Below the pieces are notes generated by a model. That model worked only from the letters and a program-made list of their open reading frames with translations, did not search any database and had not been told where the DNA came from. A stretch of 64,000 bases of DNA, taken from contig CM022671.1 in NCBI GenBank assembly GCA_012295275.1, positions 26,598,001 to 26,662,000 on the forward strand, given 5' to 3'. How positions within the stretch are numbered: the first letter of the stretch is position 1; each line of letters starts with the position of its first letter. Source of the stretch: Chrysomallon squamiferum. Lineage: Eukaryota; Animalia; Mollusca. The translations under genes were made by a program, and so were the position numbers. Positions 26,701-41,479 of this stretch are shown one piece after another.

Positions 26701-27915
26701 CAAGGCATATTCAAAATGAAGAATAAAGTCACACTCAGTATCATTTTCTAACAGTATGCCTATCAAGAAAAACCTGAATCATAACTGGTCCAAGATTGAA
26801 AAGGAAGAAAAAAAGAAGTAAACTTCAGATCTAACATAGTTAATTTAAAGCCAATAAAATAATATTAATTTTCCAAAGATATTTTCTAAGAAATGTTGCT
26901 GTTATCTTAATTCATACCTGAGTATACTTCTCTTGGGCTCTATCATGGTGATTGCTGGGTCATCATGGTAAGTGAAACGTTCTGGTACAAGTTTCTTCAG
27001 TCCTCCAAAACTGACCTCCACATCCACATCATCTGTACTGGCTGTTTGTCTGGATGTCCGACATTCCAGAGTTGTCTTGTTTGATCTGAATTAACATATA
27101 ATAATTAATAAAATATCAGTGATTTTTAAACATATTTTTCTAAGATGCAAGAAAAAAAAAAAAAAAATGCTCCTATTGTTACTGTTTATTTAGTTGTTTT
27201 ATCTTTGTAATTTGAATCAAAGAAATTTTTGTTTATTAGTTATCATCAAATCAGCACATACCATACAGGAACAAAATACACAAAGGTTAAATAAAGCAAA
27301 CAAACACATCTCATTCTGGTTACTTACTTAATGAACTCACAGACCTCTCCTCCCACAAAAACCATTCTTTGACTTCCTGTGTTCATGTTGCTACCATGGA
27401 TACCAATGACAGTACCTCCAGATCGGGGGCCCTTCTTAGGTGTTATAAATTTAACTTGTGGATCCTGCAATTAAAATGCAATTTGTTTTTTTACTTCAAA
27501 TTTCTGAAGACAGAATATGAATAAAATTATAAATATATCAATAAATAAATAAAAATAAATATTGGCAGGTTATTATTGGAGCTCTAAGTTCTAACCTTCA
27601 TTATTATGTGTTATTAAGTGTTATTATGTTGCTTCTTACTGAACAGGTGTTTACTGGATCATTCTGACCCTCGTTATTATGTGACATGTGTACTTGAAGT
27701 TTGCAGGTTTTCAACAGCAAAAAACTCACCACAAAGTAGAAAGGTGTGTCTGATTCAGCAGAGTATCTCCCGTTGACCAGCACAACAATATTTCCTGACT
27801 TCTCATCCTGCGATATGTCTGTCTCACATGTAAACCTGGAACAGCAGAAAGAGTTATAAATATCCTCATCAAACAATATCTCAGTATTTGAAATAAACTG
27901 CATCTGTGTATGTGT

Positions 27916-27953
<38 letters not shown>

Positions 27954-30457
27954 AATATATTTACAATTTAATACTCAGTGTATGTGACTGTGCAAAAACA
28001 AATACCACAAATATCCAGGTAAACAAAAAAATAAAAAAATTCAATATAAAATACAGTATACACATTAAAGCATTAATGGGTTTTACTGCTACATCTTCCC
28101 ATTAGGAAGGACTCTGTTTTAAATTAATATTATCACAGATGTGATATTTTAAAACTTGCAGTGAAAACATGCTTCTGAAATGAGAGAAACAACATACTTG
28201 GATGAGGGTTGATAGTGTTCTCTGTGAATGGTGCACTTAACCCCAGCCACAGACACATTGCCAGTGATATCTGTGTACTTTTTACCCAGGTTGATTCCAG
28301 TCACTGAAATGTTGGTCTTTCCATGAATTGGTCCAGTTGTTGGGCTGAACTGAAAATTATTAACAGATCAATGAATAACAAACAATGTCCTTCATTTTAT
28401 ATATGCATGTAAGAATGCATGCACTGCTTTCTTTTGTTTATATATAAACACATACATTTGCATATATAAAAATGTAACACACACACATACAAATAAACTC
28501 AGAAATAATAGGAAAAATAAAGACAGCCAACAAATAAATGATGCACAATTTACTATTTAGTACAGTACATTTTAAATGCGACATCATGAGATATATATGA
28601 ATTTATTTTCTTATGAAAATTTCAAATTGTTATTCTTCTTCATATTATTATAACTTTACTAGAGTTATCACTAGTACTACTACTACTACTACTGCTATTG
28701 CTGCTGATACTACTGCTATTACTACTATTACTACCACTACTACTTCTGTCATTACTGCTACTGCAACCACTACTAATGCAATTATCATCATTTATTTACT
28801 TCACCTACCCTAAGTATCTGTGGGTTAGGACAAGGCGCAGACCTGTCCAGCCACTGTTTGATGCAGTATCTCTGCAGAGTGCACTGATTGTCACACCAGC
28901 CACACTGGTATTCCTTGTCCATGCTCAGACACTTACCACAGTTTGTCACCATCAGAGGACACTTGTAGATTCTCACTGTCAAATACAAATAAGTATTTTC
29001 AAACGTGTAATATAAGTAATTATTTTTTAAGTTTGTAATACATATGATTATTTCCATGGGTGTAATACATATTGTTATTTTTAGAAATATATTAGATATA
29101 ATTACTTTCATGTGTGTAATACATATTGTTATGTTTGTCTGTAACATATAATTACTTCAATGTGTATAATACATATATTTACTTTCATGTATGAGATACA
29201 TATAATTACTTTAATGTGTGAAATACATATATTTATTTTCATGTATGTAATACATATATAAATCTATAAAAATAACTTCAATAAATCTTTTGCCATGAAC
29301 AATTTTATTAATGTATTAGAAGCTCAGCTCTCTATTATACTGTTACATAAAAAGTAGGTTTTCTTGATTTATATGTCAGACAGAAATATTAAATAAATAA
29401 AGATTATGGGTTGTAAGACAAGTGTGATTAATGAAAACACACAATGGATAAAACCCAAGAGATGTCTACAACCAAAGAAATAAAAAAATGAGATTTGGTC
29501 ATACAGAGGTTGATATGATTAATCAGTCCAAGAATGTCTTTACCTACATCAATCACAGTTAACGTTCCAATGAACATTATTTACGTTGGTTAGCCTAAGC
29601 CTTTCAAATGCATGTTCTGGCAGACAAACACAAGAATAAAATGCATATAAATTTCTTGGTATTGCCAGATCATTATTACCTTTAATGTTAGAAGGGTTCC
29701 CCAGTGGAAAACCATTCACTCCAGTCAGCACTTTGAAGAAAGCTGTCACAAATGGCTGTTCTAAGTCATCTGATTCAAACTAAATAAAAAAAAAAAAAGA
29801 AAGAAAGAATAAAGAATTTAAAATTTAATAGTATGAAACCTCAGAGGTGAAGTAAATGGTATCACATTACATTCGCACACACATAACACAGTAGGAAGCT
29901 CAGTGTAAAACCACCCATGTTGTCTGATGTAATATAAATTACAGTTAACAATGTCATGAAATATTAATAGTCAAATTTTTGACAGTAATTAAATCTATGA
30001 TTAGTTATGAGACTTAAAATGGATTTTTTGGTTCAGAATAAATTAAACGAAATACAGTGAATGGTTATATTCATTTTTTGCTCATTTATAACATAAATCT
30101 TACTTTTAATTGTATATCTTTCAACCATTATAAGAAATTAAATGGCTTAAAAAAAAACATTATCATTCTATAGTAACAATATATTAATAAACTGCATTAA
30201 TTCTTACTGCCATATAAAAATTACATTATTTCAGTTATTTGGAGTAAAAATATGTTAAATAACTGACACCTAATTGTGCATTATTAAACAAGTGGATGAA
30301 TCATTAGTTTATACAGCTTACTAAATGTATAAACTAGATGCTTAACCATAATCTGTGGTATATAGAACCAATCACAAAACCACATATAAATAACAAAATA
30401 AATAAATAAAGTAAATAAGTAAATATATACTATATGTAGTGTGTGTTTGGTGGTGTG

Positions 30458-30499
<42 letters not shown>

Positions 30500-33400
30500 G
30501 TGTCTGCATTCACACTCTGATATCTGAAAAATTCCTCAGCTGTATTCTAGAATTAAAATGGAGGAACATTATCAGACAGGTGATACATTTTTTTTTTTTT
30601 TAAAGAGGAGACAGGTGAAATAAATCTGATATAAATTTGAGCATATCAAAGCAGAGCACTGCAGCAGAGCTGGGTGAGAGATATGAAGTAACTGACATCA
30701 GAGGCTGGGTGTGCGTGTGTCTATCTCATCAGACAATCTTACACCACTGCAGCATTTATTTAAAGTTTTCACTTTGATGGGGCAACAGTCGATTGTCTAG
30801 ATAACCAGTGAGGCTAACGTTTTATCTTCATGACAGTGTTGATAGATAATTCTGATCAGGATGTTTGCATTTAGAATGGATAATGGGATAGAATGCGATG
30901 AGAAGATATTTGCATTTAGAACGGATAATGGGTTGAGAAGATATTTACATACAGAATGGATAATGGGATAGAATGCGATGAGAAGATACTTGCATTTAGA
31001 GTGGATAATGGGATATAATGGGTTGAGAAGGTATTTACATTTAGAATGGATAATGGGATAGAATGAGTTGAGAAGATGTTACATTTAGAGTGGATAATGG
31101 GATAGAATGGGTTGAGAAGATGTTACATTTAGAATGGATAATGGGATAGAATGGGTTGAGAAGATGTTACATTTAGAGTGGATAATGGGATAGAATGAGT
31201 TGAGAAGATGTTTGCATTTAGAATGGATAATGGGATAGAATGGGTTGAGAAGATGTTACATTTAGAATGGATAATGGGATAGAATGGGTTGAGAAGATGT
31301 TACATTTAGAATGGATAATGGGATACAATGGGTTGAGAAGATATTTACATACAGAATGGATAATGGGATATAATGGGTTGAGAAGATGTTAAATTTAGAA
31401 TGGATTGAGAAGATATTTACATTTAGAATGGGTTGAGAAGACATTTACATTTAGAATGTACAATGGGATAGTTTAATTAAAATAATTTTTACCTTGACTG
31501 GATTACAGGTGAGACTGGATGAGGTGATGGTTCCAGGAACAATATCAGTTTTTCCAACATAGGTAAACACACATTTCACATTGGAATTCTGATCTCTCTA
31601 CAAAAAGGAATAGATATTAGTGAAACACTTTAATTCTTTCCACGTTCCAAATATCAATGTCTGCACTAAAATTATTATTAAAATAAAAATAAAAGAGCAA
31701 TAGTAATAATAATAAATATAATAACAGAACTAATATAATAATAAAAAATTAATAATAAAGTTATATTCTAAAAGTGAATTAAAACATACAATCTTATTTA
31801 ATAAAATAAAATATCCAAAATGTGTTTTTAATAATATGGTGTCAGATCTTTAATTTCATACACTTAAGATAAAACAAAAATTAAATTAAAAAACTAAACA
31901 AGATGGGCCTTTATTATAAAAGTTACTGCCCTTTTTAACGTACAAACTCAAAAATAAATGTTACAAAATAATAATGTAATTTTGAAAGATTGTCCGATTT
32001 AAATAATAAATTTAAATGTTAATGCTTAACAATCCATATTTAATGTCAAACATTATATGTGTTATTGATGTGATTTGAGAGAAAACCTTGTATCAGAATC
32101 ACAGAAGATTTTATCAGCTATCAGTAAAAGATCATTTAAAAGCACCTTAGAGAGGAAATAACAGACCATAGCTGTTAATAAAACTATAAGGAAAATAGAT
32201 TGGTATGGTCGGTCAACAGACCAATATGCTTCAAGAAAGAACCAGTAGAAAGCATTCTACCCCTCTGTTACATTCTGCATGTTCTGACTAGAATTACTGT
32301 ACTTGTACACACAGCTCAAACTGACCTGCAGGTTTCTCACTCCCACTGCTATCTGTTTTTCCTCTCCAGAGTGAACCAGGATGTCTGTATCTTGTCCAGA
32401 CGCTTCAATTCTTGGACAGATGGCAGCATCGGTAATTCCAAGAGAAGACTACAATTATAAATTTCAACAAAACTTTAACAGTTAAAAAAATAATAGTTAA
32501 TTAAAACAAATAAATTAATAAAATAAAATAAAATAAAATAAAATAAAGTAAACAGAATAAAAGAAATAAATACTGTAGTGAGAAACGTATCTAATCTTAT
32601 CAAAAGAAACAGCCAATCATGTAATGAAATAAAAATTCAAATATACATAATCCTGACAATATTTTTAAAATTTTATTCCATACATTAGTGAACTTGAAGA
32701 CATACAAATAATTTTTAAAATTTTTAAATATTTTAGTTAAAAATAATGTATAGAAATGTTTCTATTTGAAACCAAATTAAAGAACATTCAAACAGACTCT
32801 TTCACTCCTGAAAATAGATACTGAACAATACAGTCTAACTTGTGTATGCACCCTCACACACCCGCACCCACACACACCCCCACCAACCCCCCCACACACA
32901 CACACACCATATACACTTGAAAGCTATATTAAATATGTAAACTGCTCACCTGACAGTTAGAATCGTGTTTCTGACAGGTGTTTGTCTCGTAGCACCATTT
33001 GCACTTGAAATTGCTGCTGGCACAGCTGGTGCAGTTCTCGTGAACTCGACAGTCAAACATTGGCACACTGCGAGTCACTATAGACCTGCCCTGAATGTGG
33101 AAGTGCAGCATCACCTCCTGATGATCTGAAACAGAAATATCACTGTTCTGTTACCTCACACCGTATCATATCAATCAATATTACACTATACACTGTATGA
33201 TATATAATATTTATATCATTTTTTTTTTTACCGTATGTATTTTATCATTTAGTATTAGTTACTATATTGGAACACATCACTGTGATAGATAATCGCATGT
33301 GATCACACATTTTACCAATCCAGATATTAAAATTTCAAGTAAAATAACAGACTGTATAAAAATATATTTTTATTAGGCGTTTACAAATCCTATGATAAAA

Positions 33401-34629
33401 TATAAAGTCATTTAATAATATTAATACATTCTAATGTATAAATAATAAATATAAAACAAACTCATATCAATAAATATTAACATTAAAATTTAAAAAAAAA
33501 TTAAACAATTAAAAAAATAAAAATAAAAATATAAATATAAATATGAAACTGTATCATATATGAATTTAGATACATGTATTTTTTAAAAGACATATAATAT
33601 CAAGTTGAATATTTGCTTTGGACCAAATCTGATTACTTTCAATAAACAATTCTCCTAACTGCAGGACAGTTTTAAGCTTTAAGCAGTCTACAAACTATGA
33701 ACATGTAGAGGAAAGAAGACAGGAAAGCAAGCACACCAAAGCCAAACATCTACCTACTCACCCTTACCCTGAGGAATGCTGGGAAGGTGCTGTTTCTCTG
33801 GCAGAAGGCAGGTGATGGTTTTGTCATGGATGGAAGCAGATGTGTCGTGTTTCTGCTGTCCAGCTTCAAATCGACATTTCAGATCAAGTTTTGACTGATT
33901 CTCTACAGATACTTTCTCAAGTTCAAATGAGATCTGTGAAAATAAAATTTAAAAAATTGATATAATAATAAAATTTGAGGTTTGTAGACCATACAGAAAA
34001 CATGCATTGAAATCTAGTGGTTTATTTCAGATAATAAATATATAATTAAATAATTAAATAAAAAGAAGATCCTGGTAATGAAATGATTTATAAATTAGTT
34101 TTGACAACAATATAAACAAACATCTTTAAAAAAATAAACAAGACTAACAATCACACTGCTCTCTCTTATATGGCTAATAAAATGCTTGGGACTCTCTGTA
34201 GGTGTGTCTGCTTCTCACAGCATAACAAGGAGTTGGTTTTTTTTTCAGGCCTTGGGGTAAATCTGCTTTCCACAGAAATAAAATTTCGAGTGAATATATC
34301 AGCTTATTACAGGAAAAAGGTAAATGCATTAGGTTCCACTCATTTTTTTTTGGCCAATCATTATGGGTCCTATGAGTACAAACATTCTGAGAAACTGTTT
34401 CTATGGCCACTGACCTGTCCTCCAGACTTTCCATTCTGCAGACTCTCATAGCTCAGGGTGTCTGGTTGGATGTTGGTGATGCGGGCACATGATTGGTCAG
34501 CTGATGGCAGCCAGTGAGGATGTACTGCCGATGTCTCACACCTGTCTCTTGTAGAGCACCTTGCACAGGAGAGAATTAAAATTCTTAAATCATTCATTTT
34601 AATAAAAATATACAATAACATAAATGAAA

Positions 34630-34660
<31 letters not shown>

Positions 34661-37600
34661 AAATAAAAATAAAATAAATGATCAACAAAAATAAAACAAC
34701 AACAAAAATGAAATTCTTAGTTCTTGATAAATAAATCAATTGTACTTTTGTTAAAGAAAATAATAAAATTTTAGAAAGTGCTAAGAACATTTTTTTATTT
34801 CCATTTCTTATCATTTCAGACTTTTACCATCAGCCTTTAAAGACTTCCTTAAGAAAAAATCTATGCAAACATTTATGGTATTGATATTAACAAATGTTAT
34901 ATATATAAACACACAAACATACACACAAAGTGATGACATTCTGACACAATTTGTGCTTCTTGTTTGCCAAACTAGTATGTTTTCTGCCAAATACGTTTCA
35001 CAAAATCTTTCTATGTGTATCTAAATAGGTTAGATGATATTTATGATCTTTAGTTAGTTTGAAAAATAAGTCAAATGAAGAGTTACTCTTTCCTGATAAG
35101 CAACAAATTATCTGTTATACATATACATCTTCCTACACACTACAATAAATAGATACCACAATATTTAATACATCTGGCACTAGATGAATTACTGAAAACC
35201 AGTTTGTATAAATAAGAAAGTAAATATTATAAAGATCTAGCTAATAAATTTGTAAACATATACAAGATGCAATCTTAATATCATGAAATGGATACAAATA
35301 TTTGGCAAAACCTTTCTTCTATCTCAGAATTTATTCTGAAATACCTTTCTGTGAAAACTTACCTGTTTTGCATTACACACCACCCACATGTGTTGTCTGC
35401 TTTGGCAACACAATCAGAACAAGTCAGATGTTTCTCACAGTGCAGTATTGATATCAGTGACACCTGGAACAAAATCAGTTTTAAATACAGTGTGAAATTG
35501 TTAAAAGCCAACAAACAGGAATGCTTAAAACATTTTTCAGGTAATTTCTGAGAAAATTTCACAATTATAAGAAGTAAACTTATCAACCATGAAAATTTCA
35601 AACAAACATTTTAAAAATATAATTTATTGACTATCACAAGTTACACTCAAGCAGAAACACATACAAAAAACACTCACTTTTTCTGTTTCTCTCACTTGTA
35701 TACACATAGATACACATACATACAAACAAACAGCAGATGAATAAATATTTAAATAGTATCTGTGTAAACAGTAAAAAGAAAAACACTGATACCTTTGATG
35801 GAGTTAGAACTATTAGTTTCTGTAAATCTTTTGCAGGCCACAATTCTTTCACCGGTCCCCTGATATCAACCTTTAAACTGGACAAGATGTTTGCTGCATC
35901 TTTAGTAAGTACAACCTAAAATTAAATTCAAATTTTTATTATGCTGAATAAATCGTAAACCAATCAAAAAATATTAATCATAATTATCATTACAATGTGT
36001 CAGTTATTTTTATTCTACTGTAATCAGTGACAGTGACAGAAGAAAAGGAAGCCACTACCACCTTTCTGTTAGCTACTTGTATTTTTAATGTTTTATAGCA
36101 AAAGAAATATACCCTCTCATAAACATAAAAACACAGTAATGATAAACCACAGAATATTGTTGTGAAACAGTCTAAAGGGACCATCGACAAAGTCTGATCC
36201 TGTGAACCACCATGCTTTAGGCCAACTTATTTTTTCAAGATAATGTAATAACATATATAATTTGTTACAGTAGTAATATTTATTACTGCACCAATATACC
36301 AAAAATAAATGCTGGTGTATCATGATCTCAGTGTCTGCTACTGTTTCAGTCCAGATGGTAAAGAAAAATGGTAAGGAATTGCCATGTCACTCTCAATTAA
36401 TGTATAAATAGAGATAATGATATGTCATAATAAATTACCAAGACAACAGTTCCACATAATTTACAAACAGCTTAATTATTTCGTGAGTTACTGAAAGAAC
36501 AATACCAGTTAACATACAAAAATAACTGATAACGTCATAACAAATTACCACCTAATGTGAAAATAGTGTAATTTTATATAAAAAACAAACAAATTCCATG
36601 ACAACTATCAGCTAATCTATAAATAGTGTAATTTCATAATTATAAATAACTACATCAGCTAATGTAGAAATACTGTAATTCTACAATGAGTTACCTTGAC
36701 GAGAGTACCAGCCGATGTACCAACGTAACCAATCGTGTTTTCCCCCTCCTGCCGAACAAGAATGGACATTGCTGATGTATCAGGAAGAACAAGTTTGGGT
36801 GTGGCTGTCACTGGCTCTGTTCCTTCTATGGAGCTGTAGGCTTCAGCAACATCAGTCTGGCCACAGTAGTTCACAGCAGCTGACTACAGTGGAAAAACAC
36901 AGAGCATGTCACGCATTTTGAATCAAATATACCCAAATAATCAAGTCACTGAACAGGGATAAAATGCTGTACTGTAAAGCAGTTAAAGAAAAGATGTCAT
37001 AATTAAGTAAATAAATTAACACTACAGGAACAGATCTTTGCCTTTAAATGAACTGATACTCAACCAATAAATATCTAATGACATATATAACATTGTTTGT
37101 TAAAAAAAAAAAAAAAAGCCACAAATACAAGTTTAAAATAATATTTCAGAATTTGTCACAATGAATTCTAAATTTCAGCATCAGAAAATATTTTAAATGT
37201 CTGTATACATCATTCTGTGGTATTTTTTCTTTACTTTTTATATAATTTATTATTTAATTTCTTTAATTATTTATTTTATATTTATTTATTTATTTATTTA
37301 TTATTTTTAAAATATTTGGGTTTATTGTTATACATGGATCATTGTGTGTCTGCAGTTCACCATATGAATCAAGCCATACTTGATCAGGCCAACAACAAAT
37401 GGTCTCAAAGAACAAACCTCCTAGGTATTGGGGAATCTGACTATAAGATCATACGGTCGCAGTCTACAAGAGAACACAGCTGTTGCAGTGATAAGATTAA
37501 AGACAACCCTTGAGGGTACTTGAATTGAAAAAGTTTAATTTTCAGAACCATCAAAAAAGAGAAAACAAGACATCTGTTGTAAGGCTTCCGTCCAAAGAGT

Positions 37601-37859
37601 TCTTAAGTTGCAGTTTTCATTATCTCATATATGGATGACATTCATATTAAATATCGTGTGCAGGATTTAAAAACAAGGTCTTTAGTTTTAAGAAAGAAAA
37701 AGAATATAATAGTCCATGTATGACGAATGAACATTAGTGAGTTATATTATGCTTATAGTTATACAAATTTCAGTTCTATAAGAAATAAAGATGATAGCAC
37801 TGAATAATTGATATAAAAGTTTATGTACATATGCATGTATATATGCTTGTGTGTGTATA

Positions 37860-37903
<44 letters not shown>

Positions 37904-39346
37904 TTGTACTTATATGAATTGACATTCCAAATCATTTTCTTTGTCTAAATCAAGGAATAGGCTTGTTTTCTCTCTTGTGCATATACCTTAGTATCTAAAA
38001 TGCATATAAACATTCACTCAGCAGTATGTATATGCTATACAATTAAAAAAGTACTCCTGGTATGCTTTGAAAAACACTTTGAAGAAATGCACCAAACTTT
38101 TTTTTTTTTTTTTTTTTTGTAGGTTTTAATTTCTTCAAAAAACTACAAAGACGTCACATTAACATTCTTCCAATCCCCGAGGACTGGTCAGCACTCCATC
38201 TCAATTGAGGCTTGTTAAGACTGAGCCATCTTTCATCAGGCTAATTATAACTGATATCCCATGTGTGTAATATAAGTGTGATAAACCAGACCTCATTATG
38301 CTCAAGTGCTAAACTGTACTACAGCTCAGCTCCATTCACCCAGCACTAACTGTTCCCTACCAGAAGATGGTTCAAATCTAGCTGCCTGATTAGATAAAAA
38401 GAAAAACCTGAAATCTGCTGGGTCAGTGGCATGTGCCACCAACCAATCACTTTCAGTCAGACGACTGGATTTAGCTTTTGATTCTTTGATAGTGCTTCAA
38501 CTGTTAATACAGCAAGTTAAGTAAAAGTTACAAAGATTTAATTCTGAGACAAATAAACAGCGACAAACGAATGTGAATATGTATGAAATAAAAGGTATTT
38601 GCTGGCACTGACACAGGTATTCTTTAAAGTATTATGACGAGACAAGACTAAATTTCCATTCTTTATTATTAGGAAAGATTGGTTTTAATATTTTAGAGAA
38701 ATATAAAGACCAATGTCCCAGAATGTAAACATAAAATAGAAGATATTATGAGTGATGAAAATAAATGGCAACATCCATATTTCATCATTAGGAAATATTA
38801 GTTATGAATTTTTTACAGACAACGACCCATCAGGGACGTTTATACAAAATAGACTGTATTTGTTTGCATTGCTTCATTTATTCTTTGAAGCATATCTAAA
38901 GCATTTCAAAGTAAAGAAATGCTCAAACACGTCAAAGTAATGATTAATAAAAATGATATACCTAAATTACATATTTTAACTTAATCACGTCTTCTGAATT
39001 TGTGTTTTTCACAAGCAAGAAAAAGAATCATGTAAAAAAAAATGTCTTAAATAGAGGTGAAGTGTAATGTGTGTTTTTTATTTTATAATCAGCCAGTATT
39101 TGGTGAGGAATGTAAGTGTAAATACAAGGTGACTTGGCTGACAATGTCAAAAATGCAGTGGTAATGTTATCTAGAATGGAGATTTTTAAACTCTGTCAAT
39201 ATTATAATAATGGAAAATGTATCATGAATGAAAACGTAAAAACTTAACATATTTATTTAGCATAGTTATTGTAATTTTTAACATATATATATGTCACATA
39301 ATTATTAATATTTAACTTTAAATTTTTGTTGCATACATATATATCT

Positions 39347-39411
<65 letters not shown>

Positions 39412-40971
39412 GTATTTTACCTAATGTTTTTAGAATTTAAGAATTTTTATCTGTTTCATCTGCTTCCACTTCCTTTCCCATGATAAAATTTTCTTTGACG
39501 CAAATTAGCTACCGTGTTCAATTTAAGTCTTACTTGACTAAATTCTCTGTCTTACTTTCTTAAATGAATCGTGTCACCTGTTACAAACAGTTGAAGCAGA
39601 ATTTCAAGGAAATAGGAGAAAAAGGTAAAGGAAGATTCAGCTTCTTTTTTCTTTTTAAAATAATAATAATAAAATTCTTTAAAATTAAAAATGTTTCAAA
39701 AAAATCAGTTAACCTCTTTTCTTTGGATTAACAAATTTGTCCTTTATATCACTATTTCTAGTGTACCCATCAAAATCATTGGTATGTGCTGCTCTGATTA
39801 TGAGATTAATGTAAATGATTTTTTTCTATAATAGCGATAATATCAATATGACACTCACTTCACACTGACATCAGCAAATTATTTTTTTTCTATTTTTTAT
39901 TTTTTAAAACCTGTAATATTAAACTCTGCTTAATATGTTACACAAAATTATTACAAAAATAAGGCTGTCAAACACATATGCATGCATGCACGCATGCACA
40001 CACAAACACACACAGAGGAAGAACAAAAATAAAATAAAAGCACCCACCACATACATTAACTTCAAGTCTCTATCTAATTTACTCATGCACTTTTGATTCC
40101 CACCCAGGGTAAAATTATAGTTTCAAGTTATCTTTCTGAAATGTATGACATGGAAGAAAATACACGATTTTAACCTGCATTAGACACCTGTAATCAATAT
40201 CTCAGGTGTATGTAGCTTCAAATTACTCTCTTGTTAGAAATGAGAAAAGGTAAAGTTTTACTGATACACTGAAAGTGAAATCTAAACATTCCTACACCCA
40301 GAAACACGAGAAACGTTTTACTTCAGGGAGGTAGAAATATGTTAGTTTAAGTAATTAAGTCATTAATCTTGAAAAAATATTATACCACATATTGGTAGTT
40401 TCTGCTAGTAGTAAAGAAAATTAATAACAAAATTTTTTATATGTAAGATTTGTTTGCAAAAACAAAATCAAAATCAAACAATAAAACAAAAGTATGAAAA
40501 AGTAAAAACAAACAAAAATTTATTTATTTAAAAAATAAAAAATCACATTAATTTTTTTTTTTAAATATATTGTTCCTTAGGGTCAAATGACATCTATGGA
40601 CAAACTGAATTGTTTTTCATTATAAATAAAATAATATCTAAACTTTAACACGAAGAAAACTTTTTAAAATCAGTCAAAAATAAAAATATTTTTAAAATGT
40701 CTCCCACATCTACCAATAACCTTTACGCACCCAATATAAAAATATATATAAAAAAAGAATTAAATTAATACATCATTATAATAAAAAAAAACAAATCCCT
40801 TGAAGTCTGTTATAATTATTTTCATCTTCCCGGTAACCAATCACGCCTGACAACATTTCAACGAGGCGTTTTCTCATTAACCCTTTTGATTCTAGTAACT
40901 ATAGGGAACGGCAGATCACTGATGTCAAGATGAAGAGAATGTGTATATGTGTGTGAGCATGTACATGTAGT

Positions 40972-41006
<35 letters not shown>

Positions 41007-41431
41007 ATGCACATGCACATGCATGTGAGTGGGCACCACAGAGACCAGTGTGAACTATCAGTGCTGTGTCTGCCTCATTCTGACTGTATTCACTGACTTA
41101 TCATCCAACCATCTGAGCTACTGGAGAGTTCAGAAAATTACTTTTTTTTTTCTTTTTCTCCTCCTCTCTTGTAAAAGTAATGAAGTAAAGAAAGTGTTTT
41201 TAAATCATAAACATTGCACTTTTCTTTCTTTTTACTTCTTTCAAAAACAGAACTGAAAAACAGATGTATACTAAGGTAGACAGAGTTGAAGAGAGAAATA
41301 ATAATTGAGAGGGAAAGATTATTCAAAAACAGATTAGAACTTATAATGAAGCCCTCCATAATAATTAGGAAAATATTCTTTATTTAAAATACATTATTTA
41401 TTTTCAAGTATGAAGGATTTTGTTTTTTGTG

Positions 41432-41479
<48 letters not shown>

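Noticed and set aside
30860-31471. CRISPR-like array
   Set aside because: Units are directly tandem with no unique spacers, in a eukaryotic intron with no cas genes; it is a minisatellite.
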